Assembly: GCF_009914755.1 (NCBI RefSeq)
Contig: NC_060928.1
Strand: one strand, 5' to 3'
Source of the DNA: the human T2T-CHM13v2.0 reference genome, Homo sapiens
Length of the DNA stretch: 64,000 nt
A program made the position numbers and the translations under genes. The notes below the pieces were generated by a model. It was not told the DNA's origin. It was given only the letters and a program-made list of their open reading frames with translations, and searched no databases. Shown piece after piece: positions 19,982 through 41,013 of this stretch (its first letter is position 1; each line of letters starts with the position of its first letter).

Positions 19982-21858
19982 TTTTTTTTTAATTTAACTT
20001 CTATTTTTAATTCAGGGGTACATGTACAAGTTTATTACACAGGTAAACTTGTGTCATGGGGGTTTGTTGTACAGATTATTTTGTCACCCAGGTATTAAGC
20101 CTAGTACCCATTGGTTTTTTTTTTTTCCTGAGTCTCTTCGTCCTTACTCCCTCTACCCTCTGATAGGCCCCAGTACGTGTCGTTCCCCTCTATCTCATCA
20201 TTAGCTCCCACATATAAATAGTAACATGTAGTATTGGGTTTCCTGTTCCTGCATTAGTTTGCTGCAGATAATGGCCTCCAGCTCCATCCATGTTCCGTCA
20301 AAGGACATGAGCTCATTCTTTCTTATGGCTACATAGTATTCCATGGTGTATATCTACCACATTTTCTTTATTCATCTACCATTGATGGGTATTTAGATTG
20401 ATTCCATGTCTTTGCTATCGTGAATAGTGCTGCAGTGAACATACACATACATGTGTCTTTATAATAGAACAATTTATATTCCTCTGGGTATATACCTAGT
20501 ATTGGGATTGCTGGGTTGAATGGTAGTTCTGTCTTTAGGTCTTTGAGGCATTGCCACATTGTCCTCCAGAATGGTTGAACTCATTTACATTTGCACCAAC
20601 AGTGTGAAAGTGTTTATTTTTCTCCACAATTTTGCCAACATCTGTTACTTTTTGACTTTTTAATAGTAGCCACTCTGACTGGTGTGGGATGATATCCCAT
20701 TGTGGTTTTTATTTACATTTCTCTAATATTCAGTGATGTTGAGCTTTTTTTCATATGTTTGTTGGCCACATGTATGTCTTCTTTTGAAAAATATCTGTTC
20801 ATGTCCTTTGCCCACTTTTTAATGGGGTTGTTTATTTTTTGTAAATTTGTTTAAGTTCCTTTTAGATGCTGGATATTAGACCTTAGTCAAATGCAAAGTT
20901 TGCAAAAATTTTCTCTCAGTATGTAGGTTGTCTCTTTACTCTGTTGATATTTTCTTTTGTCATGTGGAAGCTCTTTAGTTTAATTATTAATAGATTCCAT
21001 TTGTAAATTTTTGCCTTTGTTGTGATTGCTTTTGGTGTCTTCCTAGTGAAATTTTTGCCTGTTCCTATGTCCAGAATGGTATTGCCTAGTTGTCTTCCAG
21101 AGTTTTCATAGTTTTGGGTTTTACCTTTAAGTCCTTAATCCATCTTGAGTTAAATTTTGTACATGGTATAAGGAAGGGGTGTGGTTTCAATCTTCTGCAC
21201 ATGGCTAGCCAGTTATCCCAGCATGATTTATTAAATAGGGAGTCCTTTCCCCATTACTTGCCCATTGTTTTTGTTAGCTTTGTTGAAGGTTAGATATTTG
21301 TAGGTGCATGGATTTGTTTCTGGGTTCTCTATTCTGTTCCATTGGTCTATGTGTCTATTTTTGTACTAGTACCATGCTATTTTCATTACCATAGCCTTGT
21401 GGTATAGTTTGAAGTTGGGTAGCATAATGCCTCCAGCTTTGTTCTTTTTACTTAGGATTGCTTTAGCTATTCAGGCTCTTTTTTGCTTCCATATGAATTT
21501 TAAAATAATTTTTCTAGTTCTGTAAAGAATGTCATTGGTGATTTAATAGGGATAGCATGGAATCTATAAATTGCTTTGGGCAGTATGGCCATTTTCATGA
21601 TATTGATTCTTCCTATCCGTGGGCATGGAGTGTTTTTCTATTTGTTTGTGTCATCATGGATTTCTTTGAACAGTGTTTTGTAGTTCTCCTTGTAGAAATC
21701 TTTCACCTCCGTAGTTAGCTGTATTCCTAGATATTTTATTCTGTTTGTGGAAATTTTGAATGAGATTGAGTTCCTGATTTGGCTCTCGGCTTGACTGTTG
21801 TGGATGTATAGGAATGCCAGTGATTTTTGTACATTGATTTTTTTTTACCCTGAGACTT
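19982..21858 (-). mobile_element. 5'-truncated older L1PA (L1PA13-16-like)
   Basis: T-tract, 3' UTR and ORF2 C-terminal remnants (ELPFNPAIPILGIYPEEY). Confidence 0.88.
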
Positions 21859-21961
21859 TTAGGAAAGTTATTTTGCCAATAAAAAGTGCTCTCAATATTT
21901 TGTCCCATACATATTTTAAATTACATAGTTTAAAGTTCTTGCATACAAATTACCCATCCTT

Positions 21962-22260
21962 GGCCAGGCAGAGTGGCTCACACCTGTAATCCCAGCATTT
22001 TGGGAGGCCAAGGCAGACAGATCACTTGAGGCCAGGAATTCAAGACCAGCCTGGCCAACATGGTGAAACCCCATCTCTATGAAAAATACAAAAATTAGCC
22101 TGGTATGGTGGCGTGCACCTGTAATTCCAGCCACTCAGGAAGCTGAAGCATGATAATCACTTGAACCCTGGAGGTGAGGTTGCAGTGAGCCGAGATCGTG
22201 CCACTGCACTCCAGCCTGGGTGACAGAGAGAGAGACTGTCTCCAAAAATAAAAAATAAAA
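21962..22260 (+). mobile_element. Alu (S/J class)
   Basis: Dimeric Alu with TSD AAATTACCCATC on both sides. Confidence 0.92.
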
Positions 22261-23794
22261 ATTACCCATCTTTAGCTCTTTGTTTGCCTTCTCAGGAGGC
22301 AGCCACCTTCAGCAATTTTTGCTTTTTTTTTGTAATTACTACTATATTTCTAAATAACATGTTTTCAATATTTTTCCTTCAAACTCTCATAGATGTAAAT
22401 TGAGTTGTCATCAACTTTCACCACATCAGCACAAACATACATTCATACACTTCACCTTCTCACATTCTCCTGGTATAATTATATCACAATTTTTGTTTGA
22501 ATCAACATACAGAATATACATTCTTATTTTACATATATCTTATCCGTGCTGAGCCTTGGAAAGTGCCGTATCAATTTCTCTCTTATAAAATGTTTTTCAT
22601 TTTCCTAGATTTATTAAGGGTATATTTTGATTTGCTTAGTTTGGGTGTGTACTCATTAGTAATGTATCCTCAAATTCTCTTCCAGAGGTGTTACTCTCTT
22701 GTCAATACCTTTAAACATATCAGGTATCTATAAATATACGTGCAGGTACGTTTCCCGGTGTTTTCTGTTCTCTTTATAGGAACACGTTACTCCCAGGGCA
22801 GAGCAGCTCCTGCTCTGGGATACCCCTTCACTGATACCCTAACAACTCTCTTCACCTCTCTTTGTGTACAACCCCATTTTCTGGATGCCATGTCCCCTTC
22901 TTTTTTTGGTTTATTCCTTTCTGAGAAATGGTTTATTGAGATGAAACGTTTGAGCTCTTATTTGTCTGCAAGTATCTTTATTCTGCCCTCACACTTAATT
23001 AGTTAGCTGTATGAAGAAGTCTAGGTTGGAAATTTCTTCTGTCAGAATTTCAAAGGAATTACTCTATTGCTACTGCTATAAAATATGGTATTACTGCTGA
23101 AAAAACATGATATTTAATTCTTTCTTCTTTTGCCCATGATTTGTATTTTGTTTTTCTTATGGAAATCTTTTAGAACTTCCCTTTATCCCTAATGTTCTCA
23201 ATTCCATGAAACTATGCTTTGAAGTAAGCCTTTTTATTTTGTATTTATTGTGCTGGATATAAATTCGGGCTTTGCAATCTGAAAATGAGTGGCCTTTAAT
23301 CTTAGGGAATTTTCTTGTGGAGTTCTTTTCTGTTTTTCTTTCTTCTACTCATATTAATCAGATATTAGAGATTCTGGATTGCTCTTTTAATTTTTTTCAT
23401 CTTTTTACTTTAATTTTTTGCCCCTCATTCTTCTATTTTCAAGGATTGTCTCAACTTTCTCTTTTAAACTTTATGTTGAACTCCTCAATACTGTTACCGT
23501 TATCTTAAATATTTTGAGTTATTTTTATTTTCTGCATATTTCTGTAGTTCCCACCATGATACAACAGTATCATGATACAAGCAGTATCATGTACATGTTT
23601 CACGGACAAAGTGCATTATATCTCTGGTGTTATTAGTAATAGTTTTTTCTGTTTTCTATTTTTCATATGTCTGACTCAATTTGGTTTTCCTATAAGTATT
23701 TTTCTTTCTATGTGTGTTAGTCTTTTTCTTTTATGTTTGAGGTTTCCCTAGTGTTAACTGCTTATTTTTCATTGCATTTAAAAATTGTTTTAAT

Positions 23795-24048
23795 TTGTTT
23801 TTTTTTTAGTTAATATGGGTACATATGTGTATATTTATGGGGTACATATGATGTTTTGATATAGGCATATAATGTGTAATAATCATATTAGGGTAATAAT
23901 CATATTAGGGCATTTGGGATATCCATCACCTCAAGCATTTATCATTTCTTTATGTTAAGAACATTTCAATTCTACTCTTAGTTATTGCTAAATATACAAT
24001 AAATTATTCTTGACTGTAGTCACTCTGTTGTGCTATCATATACTAGCT
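23795..24048 (-). mobile_element. L1MA-type 3' end fragment
   Basis: tatatttatggggtacatatgatgttttgat...ccatcacctcaagcatttatcatttc. Confidence 0.75.
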
Positions 24049-24052
24049 CTAA

Positions 24053-24393
24053 GGCTAGGTGCAGTGGCTCATGCCTGTAATTTCAACACTTGGGGAGGCC
24101 AAGATGAGAGGATTACTTGAGCCTAGGAGTTCAAAACCAGCCTAGGCAACATAATGAGACCCCATCTCTACTAAAAATTTTTTTTAAAATAACTGGTGTG
24201 GTGGACTGCACCTGTATTCCCAGCTACTCAGGAGCTTGAGGTAGGAGGATGGCTTGAGCCTGGGGACACAGTGGTGGTAGGAGCAGAGGGGTTAAGGCTA
24301 CAGTGAACCATGATCACGCCACTGCACTCCACCCTGTCTCAAAACAAAGAAACAAACAAACCAAAACAAAACAAAACACCACCAGAAAAAAAA
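24053..24393 (+). mobile_element. AluJ-like SINE
   Basis: Diverged Alu with (AAAC)n tail. Confidence 0.85.
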
Positions 24394-25978
24394 AGACTAG
24401 ATCTAGTTAACTGCTTCTTAGCTTCTGTGTTTCAGAGTGAGGCATAGCGTGGCTGCCTGGAAGTTCTGCATGCCTGGAGGATAAGGTTAGGACTACTGTC
24501 CACTTCATTAGTCTGGACTATTCATTGGGAAATTCCCAACTGTAAAAATCTGCATATCAGTGTTATTGAACAGGTCACTTTTTCCAGAAGGAGATTTTCT
24601 AACATACTGCCGTAGGAATGTAGGGCTGGCTGTTACATTCCACATTGCCATGCAGTGCAGCGGTATACTTTCGCTTAATCCTTCTGCATCACAGTGGCAC
24701 TCATTACCCCCGCACCTGGTGACTCGGGGTTTAGAGTACTTATGGTTCTGCCTCCTCAGAGAGTAAACCTCCATTCTTCTATCAACATGAGGAAAAAGCC
24801 AGTGGCATCTAATTGGATTTATATATAATTTCCACCAATCATGTTGTTTTCTCAATCTCACATTTAGTAGTATCTGGCACTTTAATTTCTAAGGATTTAT
24901 GCTCTTTTATCCTACACCTATCATTTCAGTGGAATTGTGTGAGGGAGATAAGGTAAAATATATGCTTAATATTCCATTTTCAACCAACGGCTAGACACAG
25001 TTTTTTGCATTTTTGTTGACAAATAATACTATCATAAGCTAACACATTTTAGAACTGAAAAAGACATTCTCTTTTAGTTTCCACTCACTAGAGTCACTCA
25101 AGCATTTATTATAATATGATCTGGATAGGTGACTTTTAAAAGATATACTTGAATTATTTAGGTTATTTAAAAATACTTTATGTGTAAGAATATTTTGTTT
25201 CAGAAAATAAATTGCAGAAAAATTAAAAAAATAAATTTCAAAACTCTGAGAAATGCATAATATTCATCTTTTGAGAAATGAGAATATTTGCTAGGAGAAG
25301 AATATTGTTCCTTTTCTGTAATAGCAGATGGGTGTTTAGAATAGCAAACTACTACAATAATTTTATTATTTTCTTTTATAAACTTTACAGTAGCTAAGGT
25401 TTAGTAGGAAAGTAATACTTTTGTTCATGCAAAGTGCTCTTTATTCTGGATGTGTCTCTGGGGTTAATTGTCTCATTTCAGTCTATATTAATAAAAACAT
25501 TTTATTCTGTATGTAACTCCTGATTCCTCATAATTTTGGGGTGCCTTTCCAAACTAGAAAACCGACGTTCTGACTGTTTATTCATTTAAAGGGCATTATT
25601 GCATCAGAGTCAATGGTTTAGACTCTGGAGTCTTACTTCCCAGGTTCAAATTCTTAAAATGCTCCTAACTAGCCGTGGCAAAGTATGTAATATTTGTTTA
25701 TTTGTTACCTCGTCTATATTGTGAGGAAAATAACAAAGCCTTCAAAAGCCTGTTGTGAGGATTAGATATGTTAATAGACAGAGACCACTTATAGTGCCTG
25801 GAATGTGATAACTACTATGTAAGTTTTGACATTATTGTTAGTGTACTGAAAAGCAGAGCTCTGGAGATATTAGGGGAAATACTGAGAAACATTGATTTTT
25901 CTCTGCCTATCATGTAGAAAACAGTTACATTAGTCTCGTTTCCACAACTTTCTATTTTCATTTTCAGTGAGATTTTGA

Positions 25979-26119
<141 letters not shown>

Positions 26120-26244
26120 TAAGTCTGCACCAAACTCTGAATCCAGAAAAATTGGCATGTCTGCAACTAGTATACCAGAAAAATATATAACCTACTAAAT
26201 TTGGACATATCTTTTCAAATTGTATTCACAATATCTACCTCTTT

Positions 26245-30554
<4,310 letters not shown>

Positions 30555-31189
30555 AATATCTACCTCTTTAAAAGCAACATACCTACTAAAGTTTCAGTAA
30601 TAAGAAAATGAAACTATTGAATTTTCCATACTTTAAAAATAAATAATTGGAGATGGTAAAATTTCCCTATTTTTCACACTACAATATAGACGTTTCTAAC
30701 AGCAGAAATGCAAATGAGCTAAAATCTGAAATTTTATCTAGATTTTAAGATTGAAAATCATTCATCCATTCATTCATTCACACATGTTGTTGAGCATTTA
30801 TGATGTGCCAGATACTGGGCTGGGTTGGTAACATCTAAAACAAATTAGAAGTGCTGCCTCAGGAAGGCTACAATCTGGCGGAGCAGGCAAAGTCATTAAC
30901 AAATATTTACAAATAATGCTTTCTAATAGGTGACCAGTGTTTGACAGCTATGCAAAAGAGATAATAATCAATTCTACCTATTAGGACAGGGAGTAGTGGA
31001 TTCACAAAAGAAGTGAGACCTTCTGATTCCTGGAGAAGTCAGAAATTTACCCTTAGAAGAAACTGGGAAAAGGGCATCCCTTAAGACAAGTATATACTTA
31101 TGGCATTGAAATAGGAGGCACTTGTTCAGAGAAATGTAGAGAGGTAGTTCAGCTGGAACAAGGCAGGTGAAGTGGTACATTTGTCCACA

Positions 31190-31643
31190 AAGAGAGAGAT
31201 TTATTACGAGAAATTGACTCATAATTATGAAAACTGAGAAATCTCAGAATATGCTGCCTGTAAATTGGAGACCTCAGAAAGCCAGTGATATTATTCAGTC
31301 CAAGTCCCAAAGCCTGAGAACTAGGGATAGCCAATTGTGCAATTGGCCATTTGTGTAAATTGCATCCTGTGGGCAGGAGAATATGATATGAGATGTCCTA
31401 GCTCAAGCAATGAGTCAGGGAAAAAAGGGGGCAAATTCCTCCTTCCTCTACTTCTTGTTCTATTCAGGCCCTCAGATGACTGGATGATGCCTACCCACAC
31501 TGGGAGGGCAATCCACTTTACCGAATCCACTGACTAAGATGCTAATCTTATCCAGAAACACTTTTATAGGCGCATCCAGAAATAAGATTCAATCTCAGCA
31601 CCCCTTGGCCCAGTCAAGTCGATAGATTAAATTAGCCATCACA
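31190..31643 (-). mobile_element. MLT2 (ERVL) LTR
   Basis: gatttatta...ggcccagtcaagtc...aaattagccatcaca, matching recalled MLT2 motifs. Confidence 0.75.
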
Positions 31644-33146
31644 CTTTTGTAGCAGAGACTGTCAGTGCTCTGCCAGATCTCTTAAACTTTCAGTGGGTTC
31701 TGTCTTACATCCAACTGCCAGTATCTTCATCTCTGTATCTCAAATCCAAATTGTGCAAAGTCTTAGTTCCTAAGCAGAACAGACAAGAAATGTCAGATAA
31801 TTAATACCCCTAGAAGTAGCCCTCAACTAAAATCTCATGAGAGTTGATGTACTCACCATTCTCTCCCCTTGGGTTGAATAATTCTGCAACAAATGGTTTG
31901 ATTCACATCCCTCGTTACCTACCTTCCCATTAATGAATGACTTCTCTATACTTTCAGTTATCTATTGATATATAATGAACCACCCCCAAATCAAACCACT
32001 TAGTGAGTTAAAATGACAGCAATATTTATTATGTCATGAATCTGTGATATGTACAGATTTAGAAAGTACAGCTTGTCTCTGTTCTACTTGATGTCAGGTG
32101 GAGCAGCTTCAAGGTTAGGGCTGAACCTTCTTTCACTCTCCTGTTGGTACCTAGTCCAGGGAGAACTTGAATATGTGGGGGCCTAAGAGAGCTTTGTCTC
32201 TATTGGTCTCTCCAAATGGGCTCTCCAGCAAGGCTACTTGAAGGTACCTGGACTTCTTATATGTCAGTTCAGGGCTCTGACGGTTTGTGTCCCAGAAGAG
32301 AGTACCAGCAAAAATCATGATGTGGTATCATTTTTGTTGCATTCTATTCATGAGACTGAGTCATCAATCCTTAGCCAAGGAAAAAGGAATAGAATTTGGA
32401 AGCAATGTCAAAGAACTTGGAAATGTTTTAAAACTGCCACATCTTTATTTCTTGCACTTGCACTCAAATGCTTTTTTTTTCAGGGCTAGCTTTTGCAGGA
32501 AGCCAAACTAAAAAAATTCCCAAGCTGATTTCTCCTGACTGAATCCTTTGCCTGAATTTTACAGTTACGTTCCAAAGCACCTACTGTACAACTTCAACTG
32601 CACATTCAACAAAAGGCACCTTAAATTAAACATGCCCAGAGCTGAACTCATTATTCCAAGCCCCACACCATACACAAACAAAATAAAAGGCAGCTGTTTT
32701 TTTCATGCTCCCCAAATCAGTGAAAGGCAGGACCACTCACTCAATTCAAACAAAAAACCTGAGCTTTATCCTTGAATCTTCTTTCTGTCAACTTTGCTGG
32801 CACTCTCCAAATTCTATTATTTCTGAGTGCTAACTAGTTCTGAACCAGGCCACTGCCCTTTGCCACTTGGAATACTGAGATTGTTTTCTAACTGGCCTTC
32901 GGGCTCAGGAAGCCAACCTCCAATTTATTTTCTTCTCATAGCAGCCCAAATAAGCTTCTTAAATTGTAAAAATGATCCTGCCTTTTACAATGTAAATCCT
33001 TCAATGAATCCCCATTGCTCTTTAAATGAAGTCCAAACTTTTTAGCAGAATTTTAGTAATTATTATACAGTTTTTAATATTTTTATATTTCCATTGACTT
33101 TCTCAGCAGGGACTATTCTCTATCTTATTCATCTTTGCCTTCCTGA

Positions 33147-33451
33147 ATATATACACACAAACACATATATATGTATGTTTACAAATATATAAGTATATAT
33201 ACTCATATATGTACATTTATTAAACAAATATGTAAGTACATATATTGTTATAAATATAAATATATAAATACATATATTTGTTATAAATACAAATATATAA
33301 ATACATATATGTACAGATAAGCATATGTACTTTTATATTTGTTCATTATTACTTTTATTGTTAATAGTGTCTGCTATACTCCATTTATTCAAATTTTGAG
33401 TTAAAATTTATCTCCTATATAAATATATGTACTTATATATTTGTTTAATAA
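33147..33451. repeat. TA-rich complex insertion with tandem, inverted and templated segments
   Basis: 32-bp tandem pair (33246-33277, 33279-33310); 30-bp inverted repeat (33217-33246, 33422-33451); copy of 34710-34785 at 33340-33414. Confidence 0.85.
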
Positions 33452-34921
33452 GTAAATTGAACAATAATATCCAAAACCCTATTAGTAGGTATTCAAAAAG
33501 AGCAAAATACATACGTTTGTGTCTATGAAATTACCCATAATTTCACGGCAGGTGAATGGGAGAATTCTTGGATTAGAAGACTGGAAGAACGCTTGAAGTT
33601 GAAGAGAGAAGATCTTACACATGAAGGAGTTATAAAGAATGACAACAGAGCAGTCAAAGCCCAGGCTAACTAGTCATTCTATGAAGATAAGTTAGATAAG
33701 TTAATTTGGAGTTGCTGCTCAGCCACTTAAAGCTCTACATTTTCTTATCTACAGATCTGGAATGTAACAATTTTCATAACATTTCAGTTTTATGGAGTCA
33801 TAAAAATCAAAGAAGATTAAATAGGTAATAGTTACTTTGAAAAAATATAAAATGTTACACAGTTGCATAATAGTGTGATTATCTTTTGATTAACATAATG
33901 AAATTCAATAATAATAACAAGATCCACAATATCAAAATCATAGTAAAATGAATCAGGCTTACTCTACATACTGATGCTGAATTTTTGTACTCACCAGAGG
34001 ACATAGAATGTTAGGAAGGCTCATAATCAGAACTCATAATGAATACTCTCAGATTTTTACAGCTGTAAAGCAAATCAGCAAAACATTTAGTGGCTTCAAA
34101 CAATATTGGTTTATTACATCTCATGATTTTGTGGGTTAATTGGGCACCTCTTTGTTCATCCTCCTGCTCCATGTGTTATAACTGGAATCACTCATGTTGC
34201 AGCATTAATCTGGGAGCTAAACTGGGGCTGGAACATCCAAAATGGCTAAGCTCTTATCTCCCGGAATCTTTCTCTACATGCCTTTCATCTAATTCAAGCT
34301 TCTTGGAAATTGAAGTCTGGATTTTAAGAGGAAGCATTCCAGAAGGACCTGCCCCACATGCAAGTGTATAAAAAGCTTCTGCTTGCATCATGTTTGCTAA
34401 TATCCTATTGGTCAAAGCAAGTTACACAGATAATGCGTAGGGGACCACACAAGAGCCTGAGGGATAAAAGGTTGATTGATTGCTACAGATCAGCAGTCTA
34501 CCACAGCCTAAGAGCTACCCATCTAAAGAGGACGATGTAGAGGTTGAGTTTGAGCTCTGAAGCCAAACTACTTGTGTTAAAATCCTGTGTAATTATTGGT
34601 AAGATTTTTACATTTCCAAGTCTGTTTTGCTATCTTTTAAGCAAGGAGGCTTAAAGAGACGGTCCATGCAAATTAATGGAACAGAGTCTGAAACGGTTTT
34701 AGGCATTCATGTTCATTATTACTTTTTATTATTAATAGTGTCTGCTATACTCCATTTGTTCAAATTTTGAATTAAAATTTATCTCATATCAATTACAGAA
34801 AATGACAATGCATGCCTTTCTACTACAAATGGTAACTTTCTATATTTTTGAGGAGACTGTAGGGTGAGAGGCCTGTAACTACATAAATAAATTTGGTGTA
34901 TGACTTGGTCAGAAGTGATGA

Positions 34922-35791
<870 letters not shown>

Positions 35792-35890
35792 AAAGAGCTA
35801 GTGTGATAATCCTAACTCTACTACGCATTATATATTTAAATCCATTGCTTTTTGTGGCTTTGCACTTCAAATTTTTCAAAGAATGTTCTA

Positions 35891-36020
35891 AATAAAACAT
35901 TTACTGAAAGCCCTCTCTGGCAAAAAAATTAAAAATAAACAAAAATGGTCATAAGATCATAAACAATCTTATGTTGTATAAAAATACGTAGAGTGACTTA
36001 GACATGTTTGCATGAATAAA
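35891..36020 (+). terminator. Candidate polyadenylation signals of the NPFFR2 3' UTR
   Basis: AATAAA at 35891, 35934 and 36015, downstream of the stop codon. Which is used cannot be told from sequence. Confidence 0.55.
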
Positions 36021-36992
36021 TATATTTCTAGAGAACAGTTTACAAAGCCTCATCTTTCCAAACTTAACCATTTGTGTATGCGTCAAATCAAGCCTGCACG
36101 CGTGCGTGCATGTGTGTGTGTATTTTCCCCAAATGGTGATGATGAGCAGTGCTTTGCATGAAACTAGATTTTATCAATTTCTCCTTTGATTTTGGATTTA
36201 AAATTTTAGATTACAAGACTATTACTCTGCTTATGTTTATAAACTGTACTTGGTTTTCTAAGAAATACATTCGATCACATGAAATTCTCTGCTGTTGTTT
36301 TTCTCATTTCCATTACTTCATTTCGGTTAATCTACAAAGGCAAGATATTATAGGTCCATGGGTAATTACATCACAGAGGCCCTCACTTCCTGTGTGTTAG
36401 AACTGTAGTAGCAAATAAAGGGACACATATTTCTTTATATTTAAAAGTTGCTTTTTTGAAAAGAGTACAAAGGAGTTTTTGTTGGCTTTTTCATATTTTC
36501 ATAAGTGAAGTTTATGCCCTAGTTGAACACACATTTGTTACAGAGCTGATTGAGGACCCCAACTTAACCCCTTTTTCTAACAGAATCTCTGATGTAAAGA
36601 AGCAAACCCTTTAATAATGCAGCAGTTAGCAGAAAAACGGCACCTTTCTTTGAAGTGTTTAATCATAGATGTTTAACAATTATCATGACTCTCACATAGA
36701 GAGCAAGAACAATTATTTCAAATCTTCTACTGAGCACATTCAAATCCAGCACCCTGGGTTTAGTAAACTAGTATTATTGTTTAAAAATGAATTAACAACC
36801 CCTGGTTTCAGCTATGTTAGAATTATCTAATGATAATGGTTGTCAATGTTACCTTTTATTCTAGGATGAGGTAAATCTCTAGAAAATTGGAAATTATAAC
36901 AAAATAAACAGTTTGGCAAATAAAAATAAATTTCTAGAAGTGAAGCTATTTTACTTTTTTCAGTCATTTTTGTGGTTCAAACTAAAAGCATT

Positions 36993-38094
<1,102 letters not shown>

Positions 38095-40965
38095 AATTGT
38101 TGAGTTTTTAGTTGAATTGAGCCATGTGTTATTTGAATATACAAGTGTTATTTCCTACAATTATGAAGGGCAACTCTTAAAAGTTGTAGGTATAGAATTT
38201 GACCATATATTATTTTATCTTGATTTACTAAAATACTATTTACAGTCAGTGTACTCAGGCATAGAAGATTATTTTGATATAGACTATCACTTTCTTATGG
38301 GCCTCCTCACACAGATCACATTCTGTCAGCACTTGAAACTCATTATCACTAAATTGCAGGTCCTCCCATTCATCTGCCTGCTTTTATCACCTTCTATTCC
38401 CTGTTTCATCTTCCCTAATGGTCACAAAACTCTCCTTACTGCATCTTATCCTGATGTTCAGTCTTGCATCTTTTAATTATTTCTAAAGTTGGCAAAGGCA
38501 TGTTCCTGAACTGGAGGACTACTTTGCTTTCTTTCATTAATAAATAGTTTGACAAATATAAGTAAGTCTCTGGGAGTCTATCTATTATATTTCTTATAAT
38601 AGCTCTCTCTCTTTTTGTAATAGGCTCTCTGCCTCTTAAAAGATGTGCATTTTAAAAGCCCACCATGGACTGGCCCTCATCTCCTGATTATATATTTGAC
38701 ACAAATTGTTTTCAAAACTCAAGTCAGAAATGGTCAGCCTAGATTGTTGTGTTTTTCCTCATTTGTTAATTATTCACTGCTTTACTCCCTTATTTGACTG
38801 TCTATATTTTGTCCAAGATCTGTTAAAAAGCCACCTCTCTCACAAGTCTGCATTCTTACAGCAGAAATTGTTACTCTTTTCTAAGTACTATGTACCTCTT
38901 ATATATGACAACCTAACTTGTAATTGCTTTGTCTTGTGCTTGCAACTAGAATATAAATTTCTTAAGGGCATGATGAATTAGGCCTTTCTCATCTTTAGAT
39001 CCCCTACAGTGTGGATCACAGTAATAGGCAGTAAATATATATATGCTAGATAATTGCCACAGGCAAAAACCATCTGTCATGTTGCTTAAGAGGAATGTCT
39101 AATTCTGAACAAGTAGAATTTTGCATACAGATTCTAGTATACCTGTTACAGACAAAGGAGAGCTTTTCTATGAATTGAAACAACAAAATAACAGATAAAG
39201 AAAGCTAAAATGTCTTGAACATGCACAGTCACTAAGATTTAGGTTATATAGTCATATATGATTTGCTACCTAATAGCTTAGTGCTTTGTACAAACAAATT
39301 TCCTATGCCTGAATTTTCTTATCTGTAATATGGGAATAACAATAGCTCCTTCCTCCTGGTCTGCTGTGAGTATTAAATGATGGGGGGAAGTTTGTATAAT
39401 AAAAAGCAGAGAAACTATAACTTAGCAAAGGCTAAATGATTGTTGCTGTCTCGATGATAGTGAGAAGTATTAATAGGAGTAGTAGTTATAATAGTATCAA
39501 GCCCATGCTAGGTTATATTTTACATGTTTGATAACCCTCACTAGAGCACTCCAAGGTATGTATTATTCCCATTTTACAGATGAGAGTACCAAGTCTAAGA
39601 GAAGCTGGTTTACCCAAAGTCATGAAGCTTGAAAGTAGTACAAACAAGTTTGTAACTCAGAAACATATAATTCCAAAACGTTATTTTTTTCCTTCTATAT
39701 CATATCATCTGTGTGTTATGATGAACTTATTTTGGACTACCTCTTAACCACTTCTTCAATCACCATTTTTCTGATTGTAAAATAATACCTGGGCTACTTG
39801 TAGAATTTGTGAGAAACACAGAATAGTACAAAGAAGAGAATAAAATTACACATAATCCCTCTAGCAAGAAGAAAAAAAACACACTGAAAACACATATTTT
39901 AACTAACGCTTACTTCAGCACCCTGTATATAAAATTTGCCAATAGTGATTATTTCCTAAAGTAGATTCCTAGCAGGAAAATTACTAGAAAGAGCATTTTT
40001 GTAATACTTTTGATATGTACCTTGTTATTTTTAAAACTATTAATATAAAATTCCAATTTTGTGGCTGATCATCTCACAGTATCCTTAACATGTTAAGTTT
40101 TTCTTCAACTTTGCTACTTTTATATGTGAAAAATCAGTTAAATTTGTTGTTTTGATTACTAGTGTAGTTGAACATTGCTCTATTTCTTACTAATTTATAT
40201 TTCTTCCTCTTCCTATTCGTTGGCCATTTTCCCTGTGTATTTTTTGTTTCCTTTTGTATTTCTATTCATTGCTACACATTTTTGTATTTAAGGCATAGCA
40301 TCTTCAATAAAAGGCAGAACAATCTTTTTAAAAAACAAGTTAGATGTCACTTTCTCATTTCAAAGCCATCAATAGTTTCCTTTCGAATTAGGAAAGAAAC
40401 AAACTCCTAGGCTTACATACATTTACTTTTTCTGCCCTTGCCTACCTCTTAACCTCATCTTGAACTCAATACTCATCATTCACACAGACTGTCTGTCTCT
40501 TCCTCTGACATCGGCCAAGCCCTTTGCTGCTTCTGTGTTGTGCACCTGTGTTCTTCCTGCCAGGAACGTCCTCCCCCTTTACCTTCACATATCGGCTCCC
40601 CCTTAGCCTTCAGTGTTCAACTGAAACCCCACCTGAGCCTTGCCTATTTCCTGCATAGCTCTTCTAATTATCTGCAATAATCTTCAAAATTTATTGAATT
40701 ACTTGTTTAATATCTATTCCCTACCAAGAAGCAAAATCCATAAAGGCAAGGATTTTTGTCTTGTTTATCATTGTATCATTCAGTGTCTAAGAGAGTGTGT
40801 GGCTCATAATGGGCACATGATAAATATTTGAGCAAATTAACTGGTTGCAAATATTACCAGTTTTTAATTTTCATTAAATTTATTTATGAATATGTTATTT
40901 TATTTTTAAATATTGAAATAATTCAGAACATAATAGAAACATTAAGTAATATACAAAAGCAGATG

Positions 40966-41013
40966 AAATAAAATAAAATAAAATAAAGTAAAATAAAATA
41001 AAATAAAATAAAA
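40966..41013 (+). repeat. (AAAAT)n simple repeat
   Basis: About 9-10 units read directly. Confidence 0.9.

Noticed and set aside
23877-23910. 17-bp tandem duplication (similar ones at ~11052-11077 and ~12995-13010)
   Set aside because: Ordinary slippage duplications within decayed L1 sequence.
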